DNA of 64,000 nt, from NCBI GenBank assembly GCA_900319375.1, contig ONOI01000003.1:783-64782 (forward strand), given 5' to 3'. This document shows positions 9,514-18,661 of the stretch, piece after piece. The DNA comes from an uncultured Bacteroidales bacterium. GTDB lineage: Bacteria > Bacteroidota > Bacteroidia > Bacteroidales > UBA932. The position numbers were made by a program, and so were the translations under genes. Each line of letters begins with the position of its first letter. Position 1 is the stretch's first letter. The notes below the pieces were generated by a model. It saw nothing but the letters and a program-made list of their open reading frames with translations. It was not told the origin of the DNA and made no database searches.

Positions 9514-10764
9514 ATGCGTATGTCCCAGGAATTTGAAGCTCTCAAAGCTGCTTTTAAAGAGCAGTTCGGTACCCGTATAGATTTTCTTCGAGATACTGAG
9601 GTTTATTCTTCACCTCTTTTCAAGTTCCTGCGCTCTCTTCCCAAGGGTGCGGATCTCCATGCCCATGCAGATGCTATACTTCCTATAGCAGAGCAGGTAG
9701 AGTTCCTGAAAGACCATCCCGAGCTGGTGATTACTCCGGAGTGGCAGATACACTACAGCGGAGTGGGTGCTCCTTACGGCAGCCGTACTATGGAAGAGTG
9801 TCTCGCTGAAGGCCTTACTGTAGATGATTTCAGAAAGTATTGGACTGTTTTGGGCGCGGGAGAGCAGCGTACCTGGGACTGGTTCGAGGGTATCTTTATC
9901 AAGTGTGGTTCTATCTGTACCTCACCCTCGCTTGTTCAGGATTACTACACTCGCGTTCTGAAACATTATCACTCTATTGGAGTCGAACACCTCGAGCTTC
10001 GCTGTCCTTTCTTCGGTACGCGCGAAGACGCTCTTGCGCGAGGCGAAGCGCTTTTGCGCGCTCTTAAGACCGTAAGGGCAGAGGTGGATCCGGCAATAAC
10101 GCTTCGCATCGTTGCCTGTGGCGGAAAGAACGATGTCTGGGACCCTCTGTTCGATACTTTGATGGAGAATGCCCTGTATGTTCGCGAAAAGGTAAAGGAC
10201 GGTGACGAATACTTTATAGTTGCTATTGATATAGTCAACGACGAGGATCGAAGCTACTCTTTGGCTCGCTACGAAGACCGGGTACGTAAGATAATCGCTG
10301 ATAACCCCGGCCTTCATCTTACTCTCCATGCAGGGGAGAGCCTGAGCGGCGAGAATGGAGAGATCGCAATCGCGCTGCGCTGCGGAATTGAGCGCTTGGG
10401 CCATGGATTCAATCTGTATCGTTATCCTGAGCTGGAGGAGGAAATACGCCGTAAAGGTATCTGTATGGAGATATGTCCGGTTTCCAACGCTGCTTTGGGC
10501 TACTGCGCAGATTTTGCTAAACATCCCGCGGATGACTACCGGAAAGCCGGAATTCCTCTCGTAATCTGCTCCGACGATCCGGCTTATCAGGCCTATGAAC
10601 CCCTGACTGGCGATTTTCTGGCGGTCACCGTAGGTTGGGATTTATCCCTGGAAGATGTAAGGCAGCTCTGCCGCAACAGTATAGAATACTCTTTCCTCGA
10701 GCCAGCCTCTAAATCGAGACTGCTCAGTTATTGGGAGAAGGCTTGGCAGCGAGCTACATCTTAG
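9514..10764 (+). CDS. Adenosine/AMP deaminase family protein (ADA2/ADGF-like)
   Basis: 416 aa; PKGADLHAH, HLELR, LTLHAGE, ERLGHG, EICPVSN, SDDP. Confidence 0.88.
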   Translation: MRMSQEFEALKAAFKEQFGTRIDFLRDTEVYSSPLFKFLRSLPKGADLHAHADAILPIAEQVEFLKDHPELVITPEWQIHYSGVGAPYGSRTMEECLAEGLTVDDFRKYWTVLGAGEQRTWDWFEGIFIKCGSICTSPSLVQDYYTRVLKHYHSIGVEHLELRCPFFGTREDALARGEALLRALKTVRAEVDPAITLRIVACGGKNDVWDPLFDTLMENALYVREKVKDGDEYFIVAIDIVNDEDRSYSLARYEDRVRKIIADNPGLHLTLHAGESLSGENGEIAIALRCGIERLGHGFNLYRYPELEEEIRRKGICMEICPVSNAALGYCADFAKHPADDYRKAGIPLVICSDDPAYQAYEPLTGDFLAVTVGWDLSLEDVRQLCRNSIEYSFLEPASKSRLLSYWEKAWQRATS

Positions 10765-13348
10765 AGCGTAACTGGCGGAATCTCAAGGGGGTTAGCCCGT
10801 CGTGGAGACTCTTGAAACGCGTGCTGAAGTAGCGCGGAGTAGAGTATCCGGCTTTTTCTGATATCTCAAGAACCGAAAGGGAAGTATTTGTCAGTAGTTC
10901 TTCTGCCTTCTTCATCCTCATCTCGTCTATCACTTCTGCGACTCCCTTACCGTAGGATGCATTCATCTTATAGTATAGAGTCGAACGGCTCATAGCCATA
11001 TGGTCTGCTATGTCCGTAACGCTCAGCTGGGTATCTGAAAGGTGATCAGAAATATAAGCCTCCACCTTTCCTGTAAAGATACTGTCCCTTTCGCGCAGCT
11101 GGGCTTCGAGCTCGCGTATCTTCCGCCTGCTCATCCTTCCAATCAGGAAGGCAATCAGACTGACAAGAATTGCGATGTAAACTACAATAGCTGCGATTGA
11201 GTTGTACCAGGGTTGCAGAACTCTTATCGAAGACATCTTTTTAGGCCTGCTCCACGAGCCGTCTGATTTCAAATATGATACATTGAGCGTGTATCGTCCG
11301 GGTTTAAGCGCGGGGAGAAAAAACACGTCCTCATAGGTCTCTACGCGCAGTGAAGACGACCCGGACAATGAATATTGATACATAACTCTTTCGAAAGGAT
11401 CGGCTCCGCTGAGGAAGAAAGAAAGAGAAAGAAGGGAGTAGTCGTGGGGGAGCCTGATTGAGTTCTGCGAGCCGTCGCGAAGCTCTACACTCTTCTCTTT
11501 GTCAAGACTGAAGTAGCAGTCGGCGCCGATCTCAAGAAGACCTGCAGTTCCTCCCAGATAAACGGTTCCGTCTGATGACCTCGCGCTGGAAAGTATCTCG
11601 TTGGCGGGAACGCCGCGGTTCTCTCCGGTCATCTCGATAAAACCGTTCCTGCTGAGAAACAGTGAGTTATCAGCCGCTATCCATAGGTTGTCGGCTCCGT
11701 TTGTTTCCAACCGGCTGACTCTGGAGAACAGGCTGGTCTGTACTTTAGTTATTTGAGAAGTACGCGGATCGAATGAGAATAGCCCATAGTTAGTCCCGAA
11801 CCATATCAGTCCTCCATAGTATACTGCCGTGTTGACATTTCCTCTTTCCATTTCAGAATGATAGATGATCCGTATCGCCGGGGTATTCAGGTCTATCGTA
11901 AACAGGCCTTCCGAAGAGTAAGCGTAGGATGTTCCGTTTCCGGCGGATCCGATTACTATAAGTTCGCTTCCATATCCGTTTGTTTCGTTTGGAATGGCCT
12001 GAAAACGCCATGTCTTGGGATCAAACAGGTATGTGTTTACAGCGAGAAGCAGAATACGTCCGTCCGGAAGTGACTTGATAGTAGGTGAATTGCTGTTAAA
12101 GCATTCTTCAGCATTAGTACGCTTGTCTACCAGAGTAAAGGGGCGAAGGCGCATAGTCCTGCGGTCCATCAGGAAGAAACCTCTGTTGTAGGTAGCCAGG
12201 ATAAGGGTATTGCGGTCGAAATCCACTATTGAAGTTACCTTGAGCCCGGCCTGATCAGGAGCGAATTCCAGACCTTCGGACGGGCGGTAGCGGCAGACTC
12301 CGCTGCCGTCGGTTCCGAGGTAGATATTCCCGTCTGATGATGCAAGAACGCTGATTATGACATTCTCTGCGTTCGGGTCGATTTCCGTCATGGAGAATGT
12401 CTTGATAGGGGAGGGCTTCAGGCCGACCAGTCCGGAGCGGACGCTGCCTATCCAAATATTATCGTGGGGGTCGGGATATAGAGCCGTAACGGAAGGCGGA
12501 ATGTGTCCTGATACCTCCTGAGGACTGTCTCCGAGCCGAGTGATATGGTGGGTCTTGAGGTCCATCAGCTGTACTCCGGATCCATCGAATCCCATCCACA
12601 GCGAGCCGTCTGCGATAGTGAGGGTAAGAAGCGGTTCGTCCGGCATTCCGTGGCGCCCTTTGGGCATATTGAAAAGATCCGATTCCAAGGAAAGATCGTA
12701 CGCCACAAGCCCATATCCAAGTATAGATACATATAAGATATTTCCATCCAAGGCTGAGGCCATTATAAGTCTGCCCTCCAATCCGGGTATGTACAACTTC
12801 TCCCCATCGCTCCTGCGTGCCGGTCCCTCGCGCTTGTCCAGGGTATACAGCTCGCCATTGTAATTGAATAGTGCCTGATAATCAGTATATACGTCTGATT
12901 CACCCCCTGAGAGGCTGCCGTCGTTATACGACAAATATAAAGGACCGAAATGTCCTCCGAACCAGATTCCGTTCTCATCCTCAAGCGCACATGTTGCCTG
13001 ACTGTCGCTTATCTTGATGAAAGAATCCCCGGAGACATCATAACGGAAGATTCCTTTGTCTGTAGATGTCCAGAGCTGTCCGCGGCTGTCTGTAAACAGG
13101 AAGTAAACATAGTTTCCCTCTATTTTTCCAGTACCGTCATCAAGAAAAGTCCGCAGTTTTCCGTTTCGGTATTCGTTCAGTCCGAAGCGCGTACCTATCC
13201 AGAGCCCTCCGCGTCCGTCGTAGACGACTGATGTTACAGCAGACTGGGAAATACCGTTTTCCAGGCCGATGTTCTTCGTATAGTAGCTCTTTGCTCCTAA
13301 AGTCCAAAATTGGAGGATGAGGATGAATAAAATTGGAATCTTTTTCAC
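10754..13348 (-). CDS. Membrane-spanning AraC regulator: beta-propeller (Reg_prop) + Y_Y_Y sensor, TM helix, AraC HTH; no kinase or receiver domain
   Basis: Likely GTG start at 13348 (VKKIPILFILILQFWTLGA signal). Repeated D..G.LWIGT units, Y_Y_Y-like YQYSLSG...LKPGRYTLNV, TM PWYNSIAAIVVYIAILV, then SVTDIADHMAMSRSTLYYK...GYSTPRYFSTRFK. Confidence 0.85.
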   Translation of the reverse strand: MKKIPILFILILQFWTLGAKSYYTKNIGLENGISQSAVTSVVYDGRGGLWIGTRFGLNEYRNGKLRTFLDDGTGKIEGNYVYFLFTDSRGQLWTSTDKGIFRYDVSGDSFIKISDSQATCALEDENGIWFGGHFGPLYLSYNDGSLSGGESDVYTDYQALFNYNGELYTLDKREGPARRSDGEKLYIPGLEGRLIMASALDGNILYVSILGYGLVAYDLSLESDLFNMPKGRHGMPDEPLLTLTIADGSLWMGFDGSGVQLMDLKTHHITRLGDSPQEVSGHIPPSVTALYPDPHDNIWIGSVRSGLVGLKPSPIKTFSMTEIDPNAENVIISVLASSDGNIYLGTDGSGVCRYRPSEGLEFAPDQAGLKVTSIVDFDRNTLILATYNRGFFLMDRRTMRLRPFTLVDKRTNAEECFNSNSPTIKSLPDGRILLLAVNTYLFDPKTWRFQAIPNETNGYGSELIVIGSAGNGTSYAYSSEGLFTIDLNTPAIRIIYHSEMERGNVNTAVYYGGLIWFGTNYGLFSFDPRTSQITKVQTSLFSRVSRLETNGADNLWIAADNSLFLSRNGFIEMTGENRGVPANEILSSARSSDGTVYLGGTAGLLEIGADCYFSLDKEKSVELRDGSQNSIRLPHDYSLLSLSFFLSGADPFERVMYQYSLSGSSSLRVETYEDVFFLPALKPGRYTLNVSYLKSDGSWSRPKKMSSIRVLQPWYNSIAAIVVYIAILVSLIAFLIGRMSRRKIRELEAQLRERDSIFTGKVEAYISDHLSDTQLSVTDIADHMAMSRSTLYYKMNASYGKGVAEVIDEMRMKKAEELLTNTSLSVLEISEKAGYSTPRYFSTRFKSLHDGLTPLRFRQLRSKM

Positions 13349-13358
13349 TGTATATAAA

Positions 13359-13376
13359 TATCTTTGGACAAAAATA
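13359..13376. promoter_or_regulatory. Divergent -7 elements: TATCTTTG (+, 13359-13366, toward susC) and TATTTTTG (-, 13369-13376, toward the regulator)
   Basis: Both are exact TAnnTTTG matches in the AT-rich gap between the divergent genes. Confidence 0.5.
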
Positions 13377-13414
13377 GATTTTTTCTGGAAATAATCAGTA
13401 TTGTTTGGAAATAA
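13365..13414 (+). repeat. Three direct repeats TGGA(C/A)A(A/T)AA at 20-21 nt spacing; candidate AraC operator
   Basis: TGGACAAAA at 13365, TGGAAATAA at 13386 and TGGAAATAA at 13406. Confidence 0.45.
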
Positions 13415-13473
13415 GATTTTCCATATTTGCATTAACCAATTGAACAAATTATAACATCTAACGATAACCCAGT

Positions 13474-16400
13474 ATGAGAAATCTGTTTATCTGTCTCCTC
13501 TCAGCTGCTGCATTGCTTTTTAGCGGTGTCCAGCTTTCGGCGCAGACTAGAACAATTTCTGGAGTCGTTCTCGACGAGACCGGAGAACCGGTAATCGGAG
13601 CGGCCGTCATCGAGACTGGATCGAAAAACGGAACAATCACGGACTTTGAGGGAAATTTTGAACTCGAGGTAACATCCGGCGCTTCCGTTACGGTCTCGGC
13701 GATAGGTTACTCCGATTATGTTTTTACCGCCTCCTCGGGCGCGCCCATGCGTATTGTTCTTAAAGAAGACTCGCTGATGCTCCAGGAAACGGTAGTTACC
13801 GCTTTTGCTACTCAAAAGAAGGTAAACGTTACCGGAGCTATCACTACTGTCAAAGGTGATGACGTCCTGCTGGCCCCCGTAGCAAACGTCTCCTCCGCTC
13901 TTGTCGGTATTACTCCCGGTATCAGCGCTGTGACGGTCTCCGGTGAGCCTGGTCAGGATGCCGCAGATATCGCGATCCGCGGTATCTCGTCCTATTCGGG
14001 TAATACCGCTCCGCTTATCGTCATAGACGGAATCGAGCAGCCTGCTTCCCAGGCCATGAGTATCCTGAACGGGATAAGCGCCAACGATATCCTTGGAATA
14101 AGCGTTCTGAAGGATGCCTCCTCGACCGCAGTCTACGGTATCAGGGCTGCCAACGGCGTTATTATCGTAACTACCAGGCGCGGCCAGCAGGGAGCCCCGA
14201 AAGTATCTTTCTCCGGCAACTTCGGCCTTACCGCAGCAACAAATGTCCAGAGAGGCCTTTCTTCGTATGAGTACGCGCTCTTCCGTAACGAGGCTATCAT
14301 GAACGAAGTCGCCGGCTACGGCAGTACTCCGCTTATGAACTACCTCTTTACTGACGATGATCTCTGGAAGTTCCAACACAACCGCGACTTTACTCCTGCG
14401 GAGGTAGAGGCGATGAACCTTACTCCTGCTCAGAAGCAGCAACTCCTTAACAGCGAGGCGCTTTACTATGGAACATCTGATGCGTATGCTGAGCTCTACA
14501 GCAGGATCGCTCCTCAGTGGTCTGCAAACGTAAACGTCTCCGGAGGAGCAGACAGGGTGAAGTACTTCGTGTCGCTTGGCTACTTCGACCAGCAGTCGAT
14601 CATGCAGAACGCGAACTATTTCGGAGTAAATACCGGCTCTCGCTACCAGCGCTATAACGTGCGCGCGAACATAGATGTAGATATTGCGAAGTATACTACT
14701 CTCTCGGTCAACACCAGCGGTCAGTTCGGAACTACTACCGGCCCCGGAACGGGATCTCTTTACAGCCGCTACAGCGGAATAATGCAGATTATCTACGAGG
14801 GCAACCCCTTCACTAACCGCAGTATGATTATCGACGACAAACTTATCGTCGACTTCGATTACCCTCAGAATTCGGTTCAGGACGGACTCCACAAACGCAC
14901 GGACAATGAAATGACCGGCGGATGGCTTCCTGCCCTGCTCAGCCGCTCAGAGGGAACTACAACAAATACCCGGGTAGATGTAACAATGCGTCTGAGACAC
15001 GACTTCTCCTATCTCCTGAAGGGGCTCGATCTCCAGACCAGCGTACGTTATCAGGAAAACTACAGCAAAGTAGCAATCCGCTCCTTTGCGATTCCTCAGT
15101 ATACCGTAAGGCGCTCTCTTACCAACCCCAACGAGCTCGAGTTCTTCGGCGGTACTGTAGGTACAGACAGCTATGCCTCCGGTTCTTGGGGCGGTATGCG
15201 CGATTTCTATGCTGATATTGTTCTCAACTATCAGGGCAATTTCGGCAAACACAACATCGGAGGCCTCGTACTTGGGCGCGCAACTAAATATACGATGCCC
15301 AACGACAGCTTCAACACCCCCAGCGGTCTTATCGGCAGTTCGGCCCGCCTTACCTACGATTACGACACACGTTATATGTTGGAGTTGAACTTCGCCTACA
15401 ACGGTACCGAGAACTTTGCCAAAGGACACCGCTTCGGTTTCTTCCCGGCAGCTTCGGCAGGTTACGTAATCACAAACGAGCCTTTCTTCCCCGAGAACGA
15501 TATTCTGACCTTCCTTAAGGTACGCGCCAGCTACGGTCTTGTGGGTAACGATCAGATCGGCGGAAAGCGCTATCTCTACCTCCCCGGAACATATTCCATC
15601 AATATGGGTCCCGGCAGCTTTACCAGCACAACAAGTTCCGGTTCCCTGCAGAGCAACTACTATCAGTTCGGTACTTCGACCGGCTCCTATAATACTATTT
15701 ATCTCGGATCGGCCGAAGGCGCCCTCGGAAACGAAGACGTGACCTGGGAGAAATCCTCAAAATTCAGCACCGGTCTCGAACTGAAGATGCTTCGCAACAG
15801 GTTTTACCTTACTGCAGACTATTTCTCAGAGAACAGGCGCGACATCCTTACTACCCTGGGAGTCATCCCCGTCACCTTCGGTGTTCCTTCCTGGGATACC
15901 GCCGCAGTCAACGTAGGTCGGGTGACTAACCACGGTTTCGAACTTGTCGCAGGATGGGAAGACAGCATCGGAGATTTCCGCTACACTGTCGAGGGTAACC
16001 TTACATATGCGAAGAACACTATCAAGTATATGGCCGAGGCCCCGAACCCCTATCCCTGGATGAACCAGACAGGCCACAGCATCGGCCAGTACTACGGCTA
16101 CAAAACCGACGGTTTCTACGATACCCTCGAGGAACTCAATAACCGTCCGTTCTTCTCTCAGTCCGCAAATGCAGTGACTCTCGGAGATATCAAGTACGTA
16201 GATCTCAACGGCGACGGACTTATCGACAGCAAGGACATCGCTCCTATCGGTTATCCGAACCGCCCGCTTATGAACTTCGGTGGAAAGATTGCTCTCAGCT
16301 GGAGAGGCTTCGACCTTAAGATGATTCTTTCCGGTACTGCGATGGGAACCTACTATGTAGCCCGTATTACCAGCCCGTTCTTCAAGAGAGCAGGTAACGC

Positions 16401-16794
16401 CTTCCTCTGGCAGTACGAGGGTCGCTGGACTCCTGAAAAGGTAGCTTCCGGCGCTGAGATTACCTACCCCCGCGCAGTCTACGACGCCAGTCAGGACCAC
16501 TACGACTTCGGTCCCAAGAGCGATCTCTGGGCCCTGTCCTCAGATCACCTCAGGATCAAGAACGTAGAGTTTGGATATACCTTCCCGAAGAATTCTGCCT
16601 TCATGCAGAAACTCAAGATCTCCGGTCTCAGAATCTACGCAAATGCGAACAATCTCCTGACTCTCTTCGACAAGATGAGCCGCTACGGAATCGACCCCGA
16701 GACGAAGGATAACCTGGGAGGCTCCGAAGGAAACATCTCGTACGTTTTCCCTCTCACAAGGACCACCAACATCGGTGTGAATATCAACTTCTAA
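13474..16794 (+). CDS. susC: SusC/RagA TonB-dependent transporter (pair 1)
   Basis: 1106 aa; signal peptide, N-terminal carboxypeptidase-like domain, PLIVIDG, ISVLKDASSTAVYGIRAANGVIIVTTRRG, TWEK, C-terminal GVNINF. Confidence 0.97.
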   Translation: MRNLFICLLSAAALLFSGVQLSAQTRTISGVVLDETGEPVIGAAVIETGSKNGTITDFEGNFELEVTSGASVTVSAIGYSDYVFTASSGAPMRIVLKEDSLMLQETVVTAFATQKKVNVTGAITTVKGDDVLLAPVANVSSALVGITPGISAVTVSGEPGQDAADIAIRGISSYSGNTAPLIVIDGIEQPASQAMSILNGISANDILGISVLKDASSTAVYGIRAANGVIIVTTRRGQQGAPKVSFSGNFGLTAATNVQRGLSSYEYALFRNEAIMNEVAGYGSTPLMNYLFTDDDLWKFQHNRDFTPAEVEAMNLTPAQKQQLLNSEALYYGTSDAYAELYSRIAPQWSANVNVSGGADRVKYFVSLGYFDQQSIMQNANYFGVNTGSRYQRYNVRANIDVDIAKYTTLSVNTSGQFGTTTGPGTGSLYSRYSGIMQIIYEGNPFTNRSMIIDDKLIVDFDYPQNSVQDGLHKRTDNEMTGGWLPALLSRSEGTTTNTRVDVTMRLRHDFSYLLKGLDLQTSVRYQENYSKVAIRSFAIPQYTVRRSLTNPNELEFFGGTVGTDSYASGSWGGMRDFYADIVLNYQGNFGKHNIGGLVLGRATKYTMPNDSFNTPSGLIGSSARLTYDYDTRYMLELNFAYNGTENFAKGHRFGFFPAASAGYVITNEPFFPENDILTFLKVRASYGLVGNDQIGGKRYLYLPGTYSINMGPGSFTSTTSSGSLQSNYYQFGTSTGSYNTIYLGSAEGALGNEDVTWEKSSKFSTGLELKMLRNRFYLTADYFSENRRDILTTLGVIPVTFGVPSWDTAAVNVGRVTNHGFELVAGWEDSIGDFRYTVEGNLTYAKNTIKYMAEAPNPYPWMNQTGHSIGQYYGYKTDGFYDTLEELNNRPFFSQSANAVTLGDIKYVDLNGDGLIDSKDIAPIGYPNRPLMNFGGKIALSWRGFDLKMILSGTAMGTYYVARITSPFFKRAGNAFLWQYEGRWTPEKVASGAEITYPRAVYDASQDHYDFGPKSDLWALSSDHLRIKNVEFGYTFPKNSAFMQKLKISGLRIYANANNLLTLFDKMSRYGIDPETKDNLGGSEGNISYVFPLTRTTNIGVNINF

Positions 16795-16806
16795 ACGAAT
16801 ACGGAT

Positions 16807-18657
16807 ATGAAAAAGATACTTTTTTTTTTTTTTTTATTCGTTACACTTGCAGGAGTGAGTTCCTGCGATCTGTTCCTCGAGATGCCAGAGGTTACCGGAA
16901 GCGTCTATAAGGAAGACGTATTCTCGAACCGCAAAGACACTGAAGGAATGCTATGGAGGGCCTATCACCGCGGCCTTCGCGAAGGTCTTCCGGAAGGCTG
17001 GGCAATCAACCACGGAACGCTGGCTTCGCTTTCGGGCGAAATCACCCGCGGCTACAGCTGGCACGCCGGATACAACCTGGTAGTCAACGGCCCTTCTACA
17101 GTCCTCGACGCCTCCGGCCAGTTCCAGGGTGCTCCCGCCAACTTCAACGAAAACTGGGAAGTAATCAGGGCCTGCTGGCTTATCATCCAGAATATAGACT
17201 CCTGCCCCGAGCTCTCTGCAGAGATGAAGGAGTACATGAAGGGGGAGGCCTACGGACTTATCGCATACCGCTATATGGGCATGTTCCAGCGCTGGGGCGG
17301 AGTCCCTATCGTCCGCCAGGCTAACAACATGTCGGACAACATCCAGTTCCCGCGCGCTACCGCTAAGGAAACGCTCGACTTCACCCTCGAGATGATTAAT
17401 GAGGCCTATACACGCCTGCCGGATACCTGGTTCGACATCGAGCCTGGTTGCGGCGACAAATGGGAAGGCCGCCTTACTAAGGGCGCCGCTCTCGCGATGA
17501 AAGCGAGGGTGCTGACCTTCGCATCCCGTCCGCTCTTCAACGCTACCCAGCCTTATACCCGCGAGTTCGGTATCCCGTTCCAGGGAGATGAAAACCTAAT
17601 CTGGCTGGGCGGCTACGACGAGCAGCGCTACAAAGACGCTATCGCGGCCCACCTCGCCCTTATAGACTGGGGCAAGGCCCACGGCAAACATCTCATCTTC
17701 ACCGCCGGCGAAGGCAACCGCAACACCTTCGAGCAGGCGATCGAAGACTATGGGAACGGCGTTTCCCAGCTCAACGGCCCCGAAATCATCCTCGCCTTCA
17801 AGATCGAGTCCGATCAGCAGGTCTACAACAATATGACCGAAGGCTACAACTGGTCGGCCTACGTAGATGCGGGCGAGCGCTCGCAGCGCGGCGTGCTGAC
17901 TAACTTCGTCCGCCTTTACCGCGATGTAGACGGCGGCGAGATCGACTGGCCCACGACGGAAGAGGATGCCCCCAGGCCCATCTCCGACTTCGCGGCCAAC
18001 ATCGACAAGATCGAGCCCCGTTTCAGGGTGGATATCTGTGTGCCCGGAAAGTTCGGCCGCTCGAACGACGGCGACTCGAACTGGAACGATGCGATATGGT
18101 ACATGGGCAGTCTGACATCAGACGCGGCGATCGCCGCCTCGATGGCCCGGGCGATCGAAGGACGCTCGATCGGAGTGCCGACTAAATTCTACTACAAGGC
18201 GGGCGCCCGCCGTTGGTTCGAATTCCCTCTATTCAGGCTTGCGGAGAACTATCTCAACCTGGCGGAGGCTTACAACGAGACGGGCGATACCGAAAACGCC
18301 CTCAAGTATTTGAACATCATCCGTAACCGCGCCGGTCTGCCTTCGGTCTCCGAGACCGACAAGGCTAAGCTGCGCGAGCTTATCGTGCGCGAAAAGGCCC
18401 TCGAGTGTTTCGAGGAAAACCAGCGCTACTTCGACGTGAAGCATTGGAAGCATCCCGACATCGGAACAAAGATACTCGGCGGTCCGAAAACGGAGATTTC
18501 CTTCCTCTGTATAGACAACAACAATACGATGGCCGGCCTCGTCTCCTACTGGGACGCTTATTCCTACACGGCATACTGGCACCCCAAATGGTTCCTGGAG
18601 CCTTTCAGGCAGGACGAGGTCAACAAGGGCATCATAGTTCAGAACCCCGGATATTAA
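16807..18657 (+). CDS. susD: SusD/RagB lipoprotein (pair 1), with T16 tract in the signal-peptide codons
   Basis: Lipobox GVSSC; GEAYGL, WGGVPIV, GRLTKGAALAMKARVL, FRLAENYLNLAEA, IRNRAGL, RYFDVKHW, QNPGY end. Confidence 0.95.
   Translation: MKKILFFFFLFVTLAGVSSCDLFLEMPEVTGSVYKEDVFSNRKDTEGMLWRAYHRGLREGLPEGWAINHGTLASLSGEITRGYSWHAGYNLVVNGPSTVLDASGQFQGAPANFNENWEVIRACWLIIQNIDSCPELSAEMKEYMKGEAYGLIAYRYMGMFQRWGGVPIVRQANNMSDNIQFPRATAKETLDFTLEMINEAYTRLPDTWFDIEPGCGDKWEGRLTKGAALAMKARVLTFASRPLFNATQPYTREFGIPFQGDENLIWLGGYDEQRYKDAIAAHLALIDWGKAHGKHLIFTAGEGNRNTFEQAIEDYGNGVSQLNGPEIILAFKIESDQQVYNNMTEGYNWSAYVDAGERSQRGVLTNFVRLYRDVDGGEIDWPTTEEDAPRPISDFAANIDKIEPRFRVDICVPGKFGRSNDGDSNWNDAIWYMGSLTSDAAIAASMARAIEGRSIGVPTKFYYKAGARRWFEFPLFRLAENYLNLAEAYNETGDTENALKYLNIIRNRAGLPSVSETDKAKLRELIVREKALECFEENQRYFDVKHWKHPDIGTKILGGPKTEISFLCIDNNNTMAGLVSYWDAYSYTAYWHPKWFLEPFRQDEVNKGIIVQNPGY
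16820..16835 (+). repeat. Poly-T16 homopolymer inside the susD 5' coding region (simple sequence repeat)
   Basis: ATG AAA AAG ATA CTT TTT TTT TTT TTT TTA: 16 consecutive T, the longest homopolymer I found in the window. Confidence 0.95.
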
Positions 18658-18661
18658 ACCG

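Noticed and set aside
13340-13474. Invertible promoter upstream of susC
   Set aside because: No clear pair of long inverted repeats flanking the promoter, and no recombinase in the window.
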